Assembly: GCA_963695095.1 (NCBI GenBank)
Contig: CAVOFT010000001.1
Coordinates: 32,001 to 96,000 of the forward strand
Length of the DNA stretch: 64,000 bases
From: an uncultured bacterium
GTDB taxonomy: Bacteria; Krumholzibacteriota; Krumholzibacteriia; JACNKJ01
Direction: 5' to 3'
The translations under genes and the position numbers were made by a program. The notes under the pieces are model-generated. The model was given only the letters and a program-made list of their open reading frames with translations, ran no database searches and had not been told where the DNA came from. Positions 1 to 10,818 of the stretch are shown one piece after another. How positions within the stretch are numbered: position 1 is the stretch's first letter; every line of letters starts with the position of its first letter.

Positions 1-1
1 C

Positions 2-145
2 GGCGAATCCATGCTCGCCGGCCCGCACGAGATCGCCTGGGACGGGCGGGACTCGACCGGAACGGCGCTGGCCAGCGGCATCTACCTCTGCACGCTGCGC
101 ACGGCCGAGGAGACCCTCACCCGCAAGATGCTGATGCTCCGCTGA
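2..145 (+). CDS. 3' end of a secreted protein with FlgD-Ig/T9SS-type C-terminal domain (truncated by window edge)
   Basis: Manual translation [47 protein letters not shown]; same WDGRD..G..L.SG.Y pattern as three other C-termini in the window. Confidence 0.85.
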   Translation, partial: GESMLAGPHEIAWDGRDSTGTALASGIYLCTLRTAEETLTRKMLMLR

Positions 146-163
146 GCCGCCGCGCGCGGCGCC

Positions 164-942
164 CTAGGACCGGTCGCCGCTGATCAGGCCCTTGAGCAGG
201 TTGCCGCCGAGACCCGCTACGCCTCGCGACTCGCCGCGGCCGCCGCCGGGCGCCAGGCTGCTGGCCTTGATGATGCGGTCGGCCAGGCGGCTGAAGGGCA
301 GGGTCTGCAGGTAGACCTTGCCCGGGCCCTTGAGCAGGGCGAAGAAGAGGCCCTCGCCGCCGAAGAGCACGTTCTTGAAGCCCCCGATGAACTGGATGTC
401 GTAGTCCACGCTCTCCTGGAAGGCGACCAGGCAGCCCGTGTCCACGCGCAGGGTCTCGCCCACGCTGAGCTGGCGCTCGAGCACGGTGCCCCCCGCGTGC
501 ACGAAGGCGAGGCCGTCGCCCTGCAAGTCGCTGCAGGATGAAGCCCTCGCCGCCGAAGAGCCCCGCGCCCAGGCGCTTGCTGAAGGCGATGGAGATGTCG
601 ATGCCGTAGGCGCTGCACAGGTAGCCGTCGCGCTGGCAGAGCCAGGTGCCGGTCTGGCCCAGGTCGAGGGCGATGATCTTGCCCGGGATAGGGCGCCGCA
701 AAGGCGGCGTCGCGCCGCTGGCGACCCTTGTTCTCGAAGGTGGTGATGAAGAAGCTCTCGCCCACGATGGCGCGCTTGAGGCCCTTGAGCATGCCGCCCT
801 CGGTGGAGGTGTCCATGCTGAGGTCGTCTTCGAGGTAGAGCATCGCCCCCGCCTCGGCATGCACGGCCTCGCCGGGGTCGAGGGTCACGATGAGGGCCTG
901 CATGTCGTCGCCCTTGATGGTGTAGTCGATGACGTGAGCCAT
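164..942 (-). CDS. AIM24/TIGR00266 family protein, split by two apparent +1 frameshifts (near 684 and 525)
   Basis: [31 protein letters not shown] / [20 protein letters not shown] / [31 protein letters not shown] lie in three successive frames; 779 nt minus 2 = 259 codons. Confidence 0.85.
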
Positions 943-968
943 GGTCTCTCCTTGATGCGGCGCGCGGA

Positions 969-2138
969 CTAGCGGAAGGCCTGCTCGCCGGTGATGGTCT
1001 GGCCGAGGATGAGGGTGTGCACTTCGTGGGTGCCCTCGTAGGTGATCACGCTCTCCAGGTTGCACAGGTGCCGGCCCGCCTGGTATTCGAGGCTGATGCC
1101 GCTGGCGCCCAGGATCTGCCGGCACTGGCGGGCCACGGCCAGGGCCAGCGCGCAGTTGTCGCGCTTGGCAAGACTGATCATGGCCGGCGAGATCTGGCCC
1201 GCGTCCTTGAGCTGGGCCAGGCGCTCCACGAGCAGGCGGCCCTTGATGACGCCGGCCAGCATGTCGGCGAGCTGGGCCTGGATGAGCTGCCGCGTCGCGA
1301 TCGGCCGGCCGAAGGTGACGCGCGCCGCCGCGAAGGCGGCGGCCTCCTCGAGGCAGGCCATCGCCGCCCCCAGCGTGCCCCAGGCGATGCCGTAGCGCGC
1401 CTGGTTGAGGCAGGAGAGCGGCGCGCCCAGGCCCTCGGCATCCGGCAGGCGCGCGCTGTCCGGCACGCGCACCTCGTCCAGGTTCAGCTCCGAGGTGTCA
1501 CTGGCGCGCAGGCTCATCTTGCCGCGCATCTGGGATGCCGAGAAGCCGGGCGTCCCCTTCTCCACCAGAAAGCCGCGCACGCCATCCTCGGCCTGCGCCC
1601 AGACCACGGCCACATCGGCCAGGCTGCCGTTGGTGATCCACATCTTGTTGCCATGCAGCACCCAGCCGTCACCCTCGCGGCGAGCACGCGTGCGCATGGC
1701 GCCGGGATCCGAGCCGCCGTCGGGCTCGGTGAGGCCGAAGCAGCCGATGGCGCTGCCCGCGGCCAGCGCGGGCAGCCAGCGCGCCTTCTGCGCCTCGGAG
1801 CCATAGCGGTGGATGGGGTACATCACCAGGCCGCTCTGCACGGAGGCGAAGCTGCGCAGGCCGCTGTCGCCGGCCTCGAGCTCGAGCATCATCAGGCCGT
1901 AGGCGCGGTTGCCCAGGCCAGGCAGCCCGAAGCCCGTGAGCGTGGCGCCGAAGAGGCCCAGCGCGCCCATGGCGGGAATGAGATCGCGCGGGAACTCGCC
2001 CTTCTCCCAGAGCTCGGCCAGGCGCGGCCGCGCTTCCTTCTGCACGAAGCTGCGTACGGTCTGGCGGATGAGGCGCTCCTCGTCGCTGAGCGTCGCATCG
2101 AGCTGGTAGAGATCGAGCCAGGCGCTGTCGGCGGACAT
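969..2138 (-). CDS. gcdH: acyl-CoA dehydrogenase, glutaryl-CoA dehydrogenase-like
   Basis: [57 protein letters not shown]. Confidence 0.85.
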   Translation of the reverse strand: MSADSAWLDLYQLDATLSDEERLIRQTVRSFVQKEARPRLAELWEKGEFPRDLIPAMGALGLFGATLTGFGLPGLGNRAYGLMMLELEAGDSGLRSFASVQSGLVMYPIHRYGSEAQKARWLPALAAGSAIGCFGLTEPDGGSDPGAMRTRARREGDGWVLHGNKMWITNGSLADVAVVWAQAEDGVRGFLVEKGTPGFSASQMRGKMSLRASDTSELNLDEVRVPDSARLPDAEGLGAPLSCLNQARYGIAWGTLGAAMACLEEAAAFAAARVTFGRPIATRQLIQAQLADMLAGVIKGRLLVERLAQLKDAGQISPAMISLAKRDNCALALAVARQCRQILGASGISLEYQAGRHLCNLESVITYEGTHEVHTLILGQTITGEQAFR

Positions 2139-2233
2139 GGGGCCTCCCGGGTGGCGGATCGCTCCATATTAAGCAGACGGCGGGGGCCACCGCCAGGGGC
2201 CCGCGGCTGTAGGCGCTCGCCGGCGCGCTGCCG

Positions 2234-3130
2234 TCAGGCGAACAGCTCGCCCTGGTCGCGCGGGGTCCTGGGTGGGGATGCCGGCGGCAGCGGCGGCGGG
2301 GCCGGCTCGCCGAGGGCGGCGAGCAGCTCGCGGGCGGAAGCGGGCCCGTGACCCGCATAGTGGTTGTTGAAGTAGCCGTAGATCTCCTGCAGGCGCCCGC
2401 GCAGCGTCTCGATCCACTCCGCCCAGCGGCGGATCTCCTCGCCGCGCTCCACGCGCACGCGGTCGAAGACGTTCAGGCTGCGATCGCCGATCCAGCGCAG
2501 GTAGGCGAAGTCCGTCGTGATCGGCCGCTCGGGCGGGTTCAAGGGGCCCACGCCCGCTGCCCAGGCCACGCCCCGCTCGGCCAGCAGCGCCAGGGTCTCC
2601 TCGCCGTACCAGCCGGGGTGCCGGAACTCAACGGCATAGCGGGCGCTCTCCGGCAGGGCCTCCAGGAAGCGCGCCAGGACCGGCAGGCGCTCGGGTTCGA
2701 AGCGGGGCGGAAATTGCAGGAGCAGGGGACCGCGCTTGTCGCCCAGCAGGCCCATGCGCTCGATGAAGGCCTGGGCCAGCTCATCGCGCTCCAGGCCGCC
2801 GGCCTGGTGGGTGATCTCGCGCGGGAACTTCGCGCTGAAGACGAAGCCGGGCGGGCTGCGCAGGGCCCAGTTCTCGACGACCCTGGCCCGGGGCAGGGCG
2901 TAGAAGGTGGCGTCGATCTCCACGGTGCGGAAGACGCGGCCATAGTGGGCGAGGTAGTCGGCGGCCGGCGTGCCGGGCGGGTAGAAGACCCCCTGCCAGT
3001 CCTTGTAGCTCCAGCCGCTGGTGCCCACGAAGAGCCGGGCGGCGGGGGCAGCCGGCGGCCGCAGCGCGCGCAGGGCCTCCTCTTCGTCCTGGAAGGGCTC
3101 GTCTCGCCAATCGCCGCGCTCACTGGACAT
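2234..3130 (-). CDS. DUF72 (YecE-like) protein
   Basis: GTSGWSY..W.GVFYP, VEIDATFY, FSAKFP, LLQFPP, VEFRH, YFNNHYAG; start set at ATG 3130, 6 nt after a TATGCT -10. Confidence 0.9.
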   Translation of the reverse strand: MSSERGDWRDEPFQDEEEALRALRPPAAPAARLFVGTSGWSYKDWQGVFYPPGTPAADYLAHYGRVFRTVEIDATFYALPRARVVENWALRSPPGFVFSAKFPREITHQAGGLERDELAQAFIERMGLLGDKRGPLLLQFPPRFEPERLPVLARFLEALPESARYAVEFRHPGWYGEETLALLAERGVAWAAGVGPLNPPERPITTDFAYLRWIGDRSLNVFDRVRVERGEEIRRWAEWIETLRGRLQEIYGYFNNHYAGHGPASARELLAALGEPAPPPLPPASPPRTPRDQGELFA

Positions 3131-3239
3131 GGGAGGAGCATAGCGGGCGGCCGCGCCGCGGGACAAGGGCTCCCCTTTGCCTTGCGCCAGGGGGCCCCCA
3201 CCTCTAAGATCTGCGAATCGCCCGAGCCGGAGGTCCTCC

Positions 3240-3827
3240 ATGCGGCTGCCCGCCATCGCAGCCCTGCTTGTCCTGTGCGCCGGCGCAGCCAGGGCAGATG
3301 TCATCGTGGAGACCGGCAGCGGCCAGGAATTCCGCACACGGATCACGCAGCGCGGCCCGGGCGGCGGCCAGACGGTGGAACTGCGCGCGACGGGCACGGC
3401 CCTGCACAAGAAACGCTGGCGCAAGCTCTACGCCGCCTGCTTCTACATCCGAGCGGATGTCCGGCCGGGCGAGGACCCCTTCGCCAGCTTCATCAGCGGC
3501 GATTACGACAAGCTGCTCGTCCTGCGCATCCTGCGCGCCATGGAGGCGGAGCGCCTGGCCCGTGCTTGCGGCGATCGCATGCGCGAGCTCCTGCCGAAAG
3601 CGCAGGAGCCGGCCTTGGCCGCCTTCTTGGCTCTCTTCGCGGGCTCCCTGGTCGCCGGCCAGGAACTGAGCTTCAGCGCGGCCCCGGCGCAGGGGCTCGA
3701 GGTCTATCGCGATGGCCGCCTCCTGGGCGGCGTGGCGGAAGAGACACTGATTGCGGCTTTCTGGGCCGCATGGTTCGGCGAGCATCCCATCGACGAGGAT
3801 CTGAAGCAGGGGCTCGCCGGCTTCTAG
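3240..3827 (+). CDS. secreted chalcone-isomerase-fold protein
   Basis: Signal peptide (ARA), K.YAAC.Y motif, C-terminal AFWAAWFGEHPIDEDLKQGLAG; GGAGG RBS. Confidence 0.75.
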   Translation: MRLPAIAALLVLCAGAARADVIVETGSGQEFRTRITQRGPGGGQTVELRATGTALHKKRWRKLYAACFYIRADVRPGEDPFASFISGDYDKLLVLRILRAMEAERLARACGDRMRELLPKAQEPALAAFLALFAGSLVAGQELSFSAAPAQGLEVYRDGRLLGGVAEETLIAAFWAAWFGEHPIDEDLKQGLAGF

Positions 3828-3883
3828 GCGGCGGCCGGTCGCGGCGGGCCCCGGTCGCGCCGGGGTCGAACAACGGACACAGG

Positions 3884-5317
3884 ATGTCGAACGCGCAGCG
3901 GGTCACCCGGAACATTCTCGCCGTGCTCGGCAGCGAGCTGCTGGCGCGCCTCGTCGGCCTGGTGCTCACCCTCTACGTGGCCCGCGGCCTGGGCGTGGAT
4001 CGCCTGGGCCAGCTCGCCTTCCTGATCAGCTTCATGACCCTGGCCTCGGTGCTCGCCGACCTCGGCATCAGCCGCATGGTGACGCGCAACCTGGCCCGGG
4101 ATCGCCAAGCCGCCGCCCTCCTCGCGCCGGCGGCCTTCCGCGCCAAGCTGGTTCTGGTCCTGGTCATGGCGACGATCCTGGCCCTGGCCTCGCCCTTCCT
4201 GGGCAAGGGCCCCGAACTGGCGCGCTTCTTCCTGGTCTTCCTGGGCTGGCTGGTCCTGGACGGCCTCAATGCCACCCTGCGCGCGCTCTTCGCCGCCCGC
4301 GAGGAACTGGCCACGGTGGCCCTGCTGCGCGCCGTCGAAAAGTTGCTCCTCATCGCCCTCTTCGGGCTGCTCTTCGCCTTCCCCCTGGGCGAGCGGCGCT
4401 TCCTCGGCCTCTTGATCCTCTTTCCCGCCGCCTCCGGAGGGTCCCTCTTGCTGGCGCTCGCCCTCATCCGTCGGCGCGGCATTCGCCTATTCGCCGGCGG
4501 CGGTCCGGGCTGGCGCCGCATCCTCGCCCTGAGCTGGCCCTTCGCCGGCAGCGTGATCATGGCCAACATCACCCTGCACTCGGACCGCGTGCTGCTCAGC
4601 TACATCAAGGACGACACGGCCACCGGCCTCTACGATGCCGCCAACCGCATCTTCTTCACCCTCTTCGCCCTGCAGGCCATGATGGCCGACGTCTTCTTCC
4701 CCACGCTGACGCGCCTCTTCACGGAGGACCGCGCCCGCTATGCGCGCTTCGCCGAGCGCGCAGCGCGCCTGCTCTTCGGCCTCGCCCTGCCCCTGGCCGC
4801 GGGCACCTTGCTGCTGGCCGGACCTGGCCTGCGCCTGGTCTTCGGCGAGGACTTCGCCGGCGCGACCACGAGCCTGCAGTTGCTGGCGCCCGCCCTCGTT
4901 CTGCGCGCCGGGCACGCGCTCTGGGGCAGCCTCCTCCTTGCGGGGGACCGCGAGCGGCACTTCCTTGCCGCCCTGGGGGCCGGGGCCGGCCTCAACGTGC
5001 TGCTCAACCTGACCCTGATTCCGCGCTGGAGCCTGGACGGAGCCGCCCTCGCCACCTTGCTCAGCGAGGTCCTCGTGCTGGCCCTGATGGCCCACTGGGC
5101 GCGGCCGCTGGCGCGCTTGCCCTGGCGCCTGCCCTTCCTCCGCGCGCTGGGCGCCGCCGCGGGCATGGCCCTCCTGCTCGCGCTGCTGCCCGTGCGCAAC
5201 CTGGCCCTGGGGCTGCCCCTCGGTCTGGCCGCCTACGGCCTGTTCTTCACCCTGCTGCGCGGCTGGCGCCGCGAGGATCTCGAGCTACTGAGGCGGACGG
5301 AAGCGAGGGCGAGCTGA
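3884..5317 (+). CDS. Wzx-type polysaccharide flippase (MOP family)
   Basis: Many TM segments; RVTRN..YVARGLG..ADLG, SDRVLLS, GLYDAA, LNLTLIPRW..GAALAT. Confidence 0.9.
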   Translation: MSNAQRVTRNILAVLGSELLARLVGLVLTLYVARGLGVDRLGQLAFLISFMTLASVLADLGISRMVTRNLARDRQAAALLAPAAFRAKLVLVLVMATILALASPFLGKGPELARFFLVFLGWLVLDGLNATLRALFAAREELATVALLRAVEKLLLIALFGLLFAFPLGERRFLGLLILFPAASGGSLLLALALIRRRGIRLFAGGGPGWRRILALSWPFAGSVIMANITLHSDRVLLSYIKDDTATGLYDAANRIFFTLFALQAMMADVFFPTLTRLFTEDRARYARFAERAARLLFGLALPLAAGTLLLAGPGLRLVFGEDFAGATTSLQLLAPALVLRAGHALWGSLLLAGDRERHFLAALGAGAGLNVLLNLTLIPRWSLDGAALATLLSEVLVLALMAHWARPLARLPWRLPFLRALGAAAGMALLLALLPVRNLALGLPLGLAAYGLFFTLLRGWRREDLELLRRTEARAS

Positions 5318-6537
5318 TGCGCATCTGCATCCACGGGTCTTACGGAACGGGCAACCGGGGGGACAGTGTCATTCTCTCCCAGCTCCTGCTGCTCCTGGCC
5401 GAGGAGCTGCCGGGCGCCGAGGTCACCCTGCTCTGCCGGGACGAGCAGCGCGTCGCGCTCTATCTCCAGAGCGCGCATCCGCAGCTCGACCTGCGCGTGA
5501 CACCCCTGCATGCCTCCTTTCGCCGCCGCCCCCTGGGCGTGCTGAAGGCCTGCCTGCGCTGCGATCTCTTCATCCTGGGCGGCGGCGGCCTGCTGTGGGG
5601 CGGCGCGCCCGGTAACCTCGCCTACTGGCTGACGCGCGCGCGGCTCGCCCGCCTGGCCGGCGCCCGGCTGGTCTTCTACCTGCCGGGCATCTACGCCGTC
5701 CGCGGCCGGGCGGCTCATCGCTTGCTGGGCCGCATGGCCCGCGCCGCCGATTTTCTCTCCGCCCGCGATCTGGAAGGCGTCGAGCAACTGTGCAGCTGTG
5801 GCGTGCCGAGCGCGCAGATCCACCTGGGCGCCGATCCGGCCTTCCTCCTGCCGCCGCCGGCCCCGGCGGCGATCGCCGATTTGCTGGACGCCTTGGAGCT
5901 GCGCGGGCGGCGCCTGGTCGGTCTCTCGGCACGGGACTGGCGGCAGCGTCTCTCGGCGGGGATCTTCGCCAACTTCGTACGCAGCCTGCTGGAAGATGAG
6001 AGCATCACCCTGCTCTTCTTCGTGATGAAGACCGGCGGCCGCCTGGGTGAGACCGACACCGATGACATCACCGTGGTTCGCCGCCTGCTCGGCACCCTGC
6101 CCGCGGCCATGCAGCAGCGCGTCGTCATCGTGGACGACCGCTACGACAACGACGAGATGATCGCCCTCATGGCCGCCTGCCACTATCTCGTGGCGATGCG
6201 CCTGCACGCGCTCATCTTCGCGAGCATCGCCGGCACGCCTTTCGGCGCCCTCGCCTACGACGACAAGATCCGCGCCTACATGGCCATGCTGGGCCGCCAG
6301 GAACTGCTCCTGGGCATGGACGAAGTGGCGGATCCCGAACGCCTGCAGACCATCACGACCCTGCTGTCCGCCGAGCGGGACCGCTGGCCCGCGGGTCCGG
6401 TGCCGGAGATCAGCCTCGCCGCCGCCAGCCTCGCCGCCCGGGCCGACACCGTGCATCGGGCCTTCGCCGAGGCCCTGCGCGCCTGGTACCCCGAGGCCGC
6501 CGCGGCGGGCCGAGCCGGAGGTCGCCGCCAGCCGTGA
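5317..6537 (+). CDS. polysaccharide pyruvyl transferase (CsaB/WcaK family)
   Basis: GSYGTGNRGD, GGGGLL, SARD, ADPAF, MRLHALIFA, YDDKI; overlaps flippase stop (TGATG). Confidence 0.9.
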   Translation: MRICIHGSYGTGNRGDSVILSQLLLLLAEELPGAEVTLLCRDEQRVALYLQSAHPQLDLRVTPLHASFRRRPLGVLKACLRCDLFILGGGGLLWGGAPGNLAYWLTRARLARLAGARLVFYLPGIYAVRGRAAHRLLGRMARAADFLSARDLEGVEQLCSCGVPSAQIHLGADPAFLLPPPAPAAIADLLDALELRGRRLVGLSARDWRQRLSAGIFANFVRSLLEDESITLLFFVMKTGGRLGETDTDDITVVRRLLGTLPAAMQQRVVIVDDRYDNDEMIALMAACHYLVAMRLHALIFASIAGTPFGALAYDDKIRAYMAMLGRQELLLGMDEVADPERLQTITTLLSAERDRWPAGPVPEISLAAASLAARADTVHRAFAEALRAWYPEAAAAGRAGGRRQP

Positions 6538-7676
6538 GCCGGGACCTCGTCTACTTCTCCCCCATTCCCTGGCATGGGCTCTACCAGCGCCCCCAGCACA
6601 TGGCGCGGGCGTTGGCGGCGGGGCGCCGCGTGCTCTTCGTCGAGCCGCGCACCCTGCATGCACCGCCCCCGCCGGCCGATGGCCTCGGCGGCGACGCACC
6701 GCAACTCGCCTTCCTCGCGCTCCCGGTCTTGCCCATCAACGCGCGGCAGCCGCTGCTGCGCGCCGCGGCGCGAGCGGGCGCGCAGTTCGCCCTCCTGCGC
6801 GACGGCCTCGCGCGCCGCCAGGGCCTGCTGCTGCGCGGCAAGCTCGCGTCCCTGGGTTTCGCCTCGCCCACCCTGCTCTTCGGCCACCCCGAGTTCGCCG
6901 CCCTGCGCGAGATCCTGCCCGGCGCGCCGCTGGCCTACGATCACATGGACGATGTGCTCGCCTTCGGCCGACCCAGCGCGGCGCGGCGGCGGGAGTTCGG
7001 CGCCCTCGTCCGGGAGGCCACGCTGCTCAGCGCCACGGCCCAGCGCCTGGCCGAGCAGCTGCGCGCACTGGGCGGGCGGGAACCGCTGCTCGTGGGCAAC
7101 GGCGTCGAGTTCGCGCGCTTCGCCCTGCCGGCGCCGCCGCCCGCGCCCCCGGCGCTGGCCGCCCTGCCGCATCCGCGCTGCCTCTACGTGGGCAGCGTGG
7201 CCGAGTGGTTCGACTTCGATCTCCTGCATGCGGTGGCCCGCGCCCTGCCGGCGGCGAGCTTTCCCGTGATCGGCCCGCTGCGACCCGCCCTCGCGGCGCG
7301 CCTGCGCGAGGCGCCGCCCAACTGCGTCTACCTGGGCGCGCGGCCCTATGCCGAGCTGCCCGCCTGGCTCCTCAACGCCGATGTGGGCCTGATCCCCTTC
7401 CAGCGCACGCAGCTCACGGCCGGTGTCGATCCCGTGAAGCTCTACGAGTACCTGGCGGCCGGCCTGCCCGTGGTCGCCACGCCCTTCTCCGCCGAGCTGG
7501 CGGCAGCGGCGGCGGCCGGGGGCGTCAGCTTGGCCGCGGACCCGGGGGCCTTTGCCGCCGCCCTCAGCGCCCAGCTTGCCGATCCGCCGGCTGCGGAGCG
7601 CCTGCGTGCCCTCGCCGAACCCCGGCGCTGGGAGCGGGCGCTGGCGCCCCTGGTCAACGCGCTGGAGGCAATCTAG
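6534..7676 (+). CDS. GT4 glycosyltransferase (TuaH-like)
   Basis: QRPQH, YDHMDD, NGVE, DVGLIPF, DPVKLYEYLAAGLPVV. Confidence 0.88.
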   Translation: MSRDLVYFSPIPWHGLYQRPQHMARALAAGRRVLFVEPRTLHAPPPPADGLGGDAPQLAFLALPVLPINARQPLLRAAARAGAQFALLRDGLARRQGLLLRGKLASLGFASPTLLFGHPEFAALREILPGAPLAYDHMDDVLAFGRPSAARRREFGALVREATLLSATAQRLAEQLRALGGREPLLVGNGVEFARFALPAPPPAPPALAALPHPRCLYVGSVAEWFDFDLLHAVARALPAASFPVIGPLRPALAARLREAPPNCVYLGARPYAELPAWLLNADVGLIPFQRTQLTAGVDPVKLYEYLAAGLPVVATPFSAELAAAAAAGGVSLAADPGAFAAALSAQLADPPAAERLRALAEPRRWERALAPLVNALEAI

Positions 7677-7749
7677 CCCGGACTGCCGCGAAATCGCCTC
7701 CCCCCGTGTCGGAGCCCGACAGCCGGACCACGACGAGGGTGGAGGACCC

Positions 7750-8358
7750 ATGAAGGCCATCGCAATGGACAAACTGGACTGGCAGCGGCTCGGCGAAAGC
7801 CCCGCGGGGGTGGATGCGCTCCGGCAGCGCTTCCCCGGCCTGATGCGCGAGACCCGGGACTCCCTCTACGCTACCCTCCACCGCATCGTCAGGAACGACG
7901 AGGACGCCGAGGATCTCCTGCAGGACACCTACCTGCGGGCCCTCTCCCGCCTGGACAGCTATCGCGGCGAGGGCTGCCCCGAGGCCTGGCTGCGCCGCAT
8001 CGCGGTGCGCCTGGCCCTGAACCACCTGCGGGGGCGCAAGCTGCGGCGCATGCTGCCCTGGCCCCTGCCGCGCGCCGATGGCGGCGCGCCGGTGGAGACC
8101 GCCGCCGGGGCCGAACGGCGGCCGGGCCCCGACGCCCAGGCACGCGACAGTCAGCGCCGCCGGCGCCTGGAGGGCCTGCTGGCCCAGCACCCGGCCAAGG
8201 CGCAGGCGGCCTTCGCGCTGCGCCACCTGGAAGACAGACCCTACACGGAGATCGCCGCGCTGATCGGGGCCAGTGAAGCCACGGCGCGCAGCCTGGTCTC
8301 CCGCACCGTCTCCCGCCTCGAGCGGGAGATTCGCGAGCGAGGTTGGAGCGATGACTGA
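7750..8358 (+). CDS. ECF RNA polymerase sigma factor
   Basis: DAEDLLQDTYL, WLRRIAVRLALNHLR, YTEIAALIG; GGAGG RBS before ATG 7750. Confidence 0.9.
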   Translation: MKAIAMDKLDWQRLGESPAGVDALRQRFPGLMRETRDSLYATLHRIVRNDEDAEDLLQDTYLRALSRLDSYRGEGCPEAWLRRIAVRLALNHLRGRKLRRMLPWPLPRADGGAPVETAAGAERRPGPDAQARDSQRRRRLEGLLAQHPAKAQAAFALRHLEDRPYTEIAALIGASEATARSLVSRTVSRLEREIRERGWSDD

Positions 8359-8782
8359 ACACGATCGACTGCGCAAACTGCTGGAGCCGGAGGCGCCGCG
8401 CCTGAGCAGCGCCGCGGCCTTCCGCCTCGAATCCCGTGTGGAGTCGGCCCTGGCCGGCGCCGCGCCGCGGCGGGCGCCCCGCTGGTCCTTTGTGGCCGTG
8501 CCCGCTCTTCTGGCCCTGCTCGCCCTCGTCTGGCTGCGGCCCTGGCAGGGTGAAGCCCCTGCCCCCACGGCAGGAGGATATGTCCTCCTGAGCGAGGAGG
8601 AGTACTTGAGCGCGCTCGCCGAGTACGAGGCGAGCGGCGGGAATCTGGACTCGGTTCTCACGACCGCGGACAGCACTGACGACGCCGTCACGTTCGACCA
8701 TAGCAACTGGAGCGATGAGGACTGGAGGCTCTTCCAGAGCGAACTGGAGAACTTTCAACTGACTGACATTGGAGGCATGTGA
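8351..8782 (+). CDS. single-TM protein, putative anti-sigma factor
   Basis: Overlaps sigma stop; short N-terminus, one TM helix, acidic C-terminus; function inferred from position. Confidence 0.6.
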   Translation: MTEHDRLRKLLEPEAPRLSSAAAFRLESRVESALAGAAPRRAPRWSFVAVPALLALLALVWLRPWQGEAPAPTAGGYVLLSEEEYLSALAEYEASGGNLDSVLTTADSTDDAVTFDHSNWSDEDWRLFQSELENFQLTDIGGM

Positions 8783-9384
8783 TGAAACGAAGCACTCTCA
8801 GCCTGACCCTGGCTGCACTCCTGCTGGCCGTGGCGGCCACGGCCATGGCGCAACCGGCTCCCTGCCGCGCCGACGAGCGCCCCTGGCGCGGCAAGCAGAA
8901 CCCCCGCGAGATGACAGAGGCCTTCCGCCTCTACAAGATGACCGAGTACCTCGAGCTCTCCGAAGAGCAGACGGCCAAGCTCTTCCCGCGCATGGCGGCC
9001 GTCCGCAAGGCGCAGCAGGAGGGCATGGACAAGGTGCGCGAGAAGATGAAGGAGCTGCGCCAGCTCGTGAAGAAGGAGGACTGGGCCAAGGGCGCCAAGC
9101 TGGCGGAGGAAATCCATGCGATGCGCGGCGAGCAGATGCGCAAGCACCACGAGGCGATGGGCGATCTCATGAAGCTGCTCACCGTCGAGCAGCGCGCCAA
9201 GTTCGCTCTCTTCGACCAGCGCTTCCAGGGCCACTTGCAGCGCGTGGGCGAGCGAATGCACGCCCGGCACCCGGGGGCCAGGGACATGCGCGGCATGCGC
9301 GACGGCATGGGCCCGCACGGCCGCACTTCCCTCGGCGATGACATGGACGACGATGGGGACGACGGCCCCGATGACGACGACTAG
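8782..9384 (+). CDS. periplasmic Spy/CpxP-like (LTXXQ) protein
   Basis: Signal peptide (AMA-Q), LELSEEQ and LLTVEQ motifs, Met/His-rich helices, acidic tail. Confidence 0.75.
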   Translation: MKRSTLSLTLAALLLAVAATAMAQPAPCRADERPWRGKQNPREMTEAFRLYKMTEYLELSEEQTAKLFPRMAAVRKAQQEGMDKVREKMKELRQLVKKEDWAKGAKLAEEIHAMRGEQMRKHHEAMGDLMKLLTVEQRAKFALFDQRFQGHLQRVGERMHARHPGARDMRGMRDGMGPHGRTSLGDDMDDDGDDGPDDDD

Positions 9385-9410
9385 ATGCTCTTTCCGGCTG
9401 ATTTCCCCCG

Positions 9411-9440
9411 CCCCCTCCCGTCCGCGGGAGGGGGTTTTTT
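9411..9440 (+). terminator. intrinsic terminator
   Basis: CCCCCTCCCG-TCCG-CGGGAGGGGG followed by TTTTTT. Confidence 0.9.
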
Positions 9441-9530
9441 CGCCTGCTGCCGCGGGTCCGCGCTGGACTCGCCTGGCCCGCAGCGGCGCCGCTGTGCTAG
9501 GCTCCCCGCCTGTCCACCGCGGAGGGCCGC

Positions 9531-9886
9531 ATGCGCTTCTTCAGCCCGCCCGATCCCTTTCGCCGCGCGGCCATGGGGGAAAGCACCTTTCACCCCCTGG
9601 GCCGGCTCGGCCCGGCCTATGTCGTCGCCGAAGAATCCCTGCGGCGGCGCCTGGCCACGGCCGCGCGCCTGCACTGGCTGGGCAACCTGGCCTGTCTCGG
9701 CTTCTTCCTTATCTGGCTGGCCAGCTATCGCGGCCCTGATCCGCTCATGTATGTCGCCCCGCCCCTGCTCGCCTTCGCCCTTGTCTGGCTGACCTACCGC
9801 CTGCGCCTGCGTGGGCTGCTGCGCGATGTCCCCCTGGCCTCCGATCGCCGGCAGGCCGGCGACGCACCCCCTCCCGGAGAGCGCCC

Positions 9887-9890
<4 letters not shown>
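9531..9890 (+). CDS. small two-TM hypothetical protein
   Basis: GGAGG RBS, upstream TAGGCT -10, two hydrophobic segments, GTGA overlap with the ATPase. Confidence 0.65.
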
Positions 9891-10816
<926 letters not shown>

Positions 10817-10818
10817 CC

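Noticed and set aside
2348..3883. N-terminal extension of the flippase to 989 aa
   Set aside because: Overlaps DUF72 and the chalcone-isomerase-like gene; flippase motifs begin at 3884
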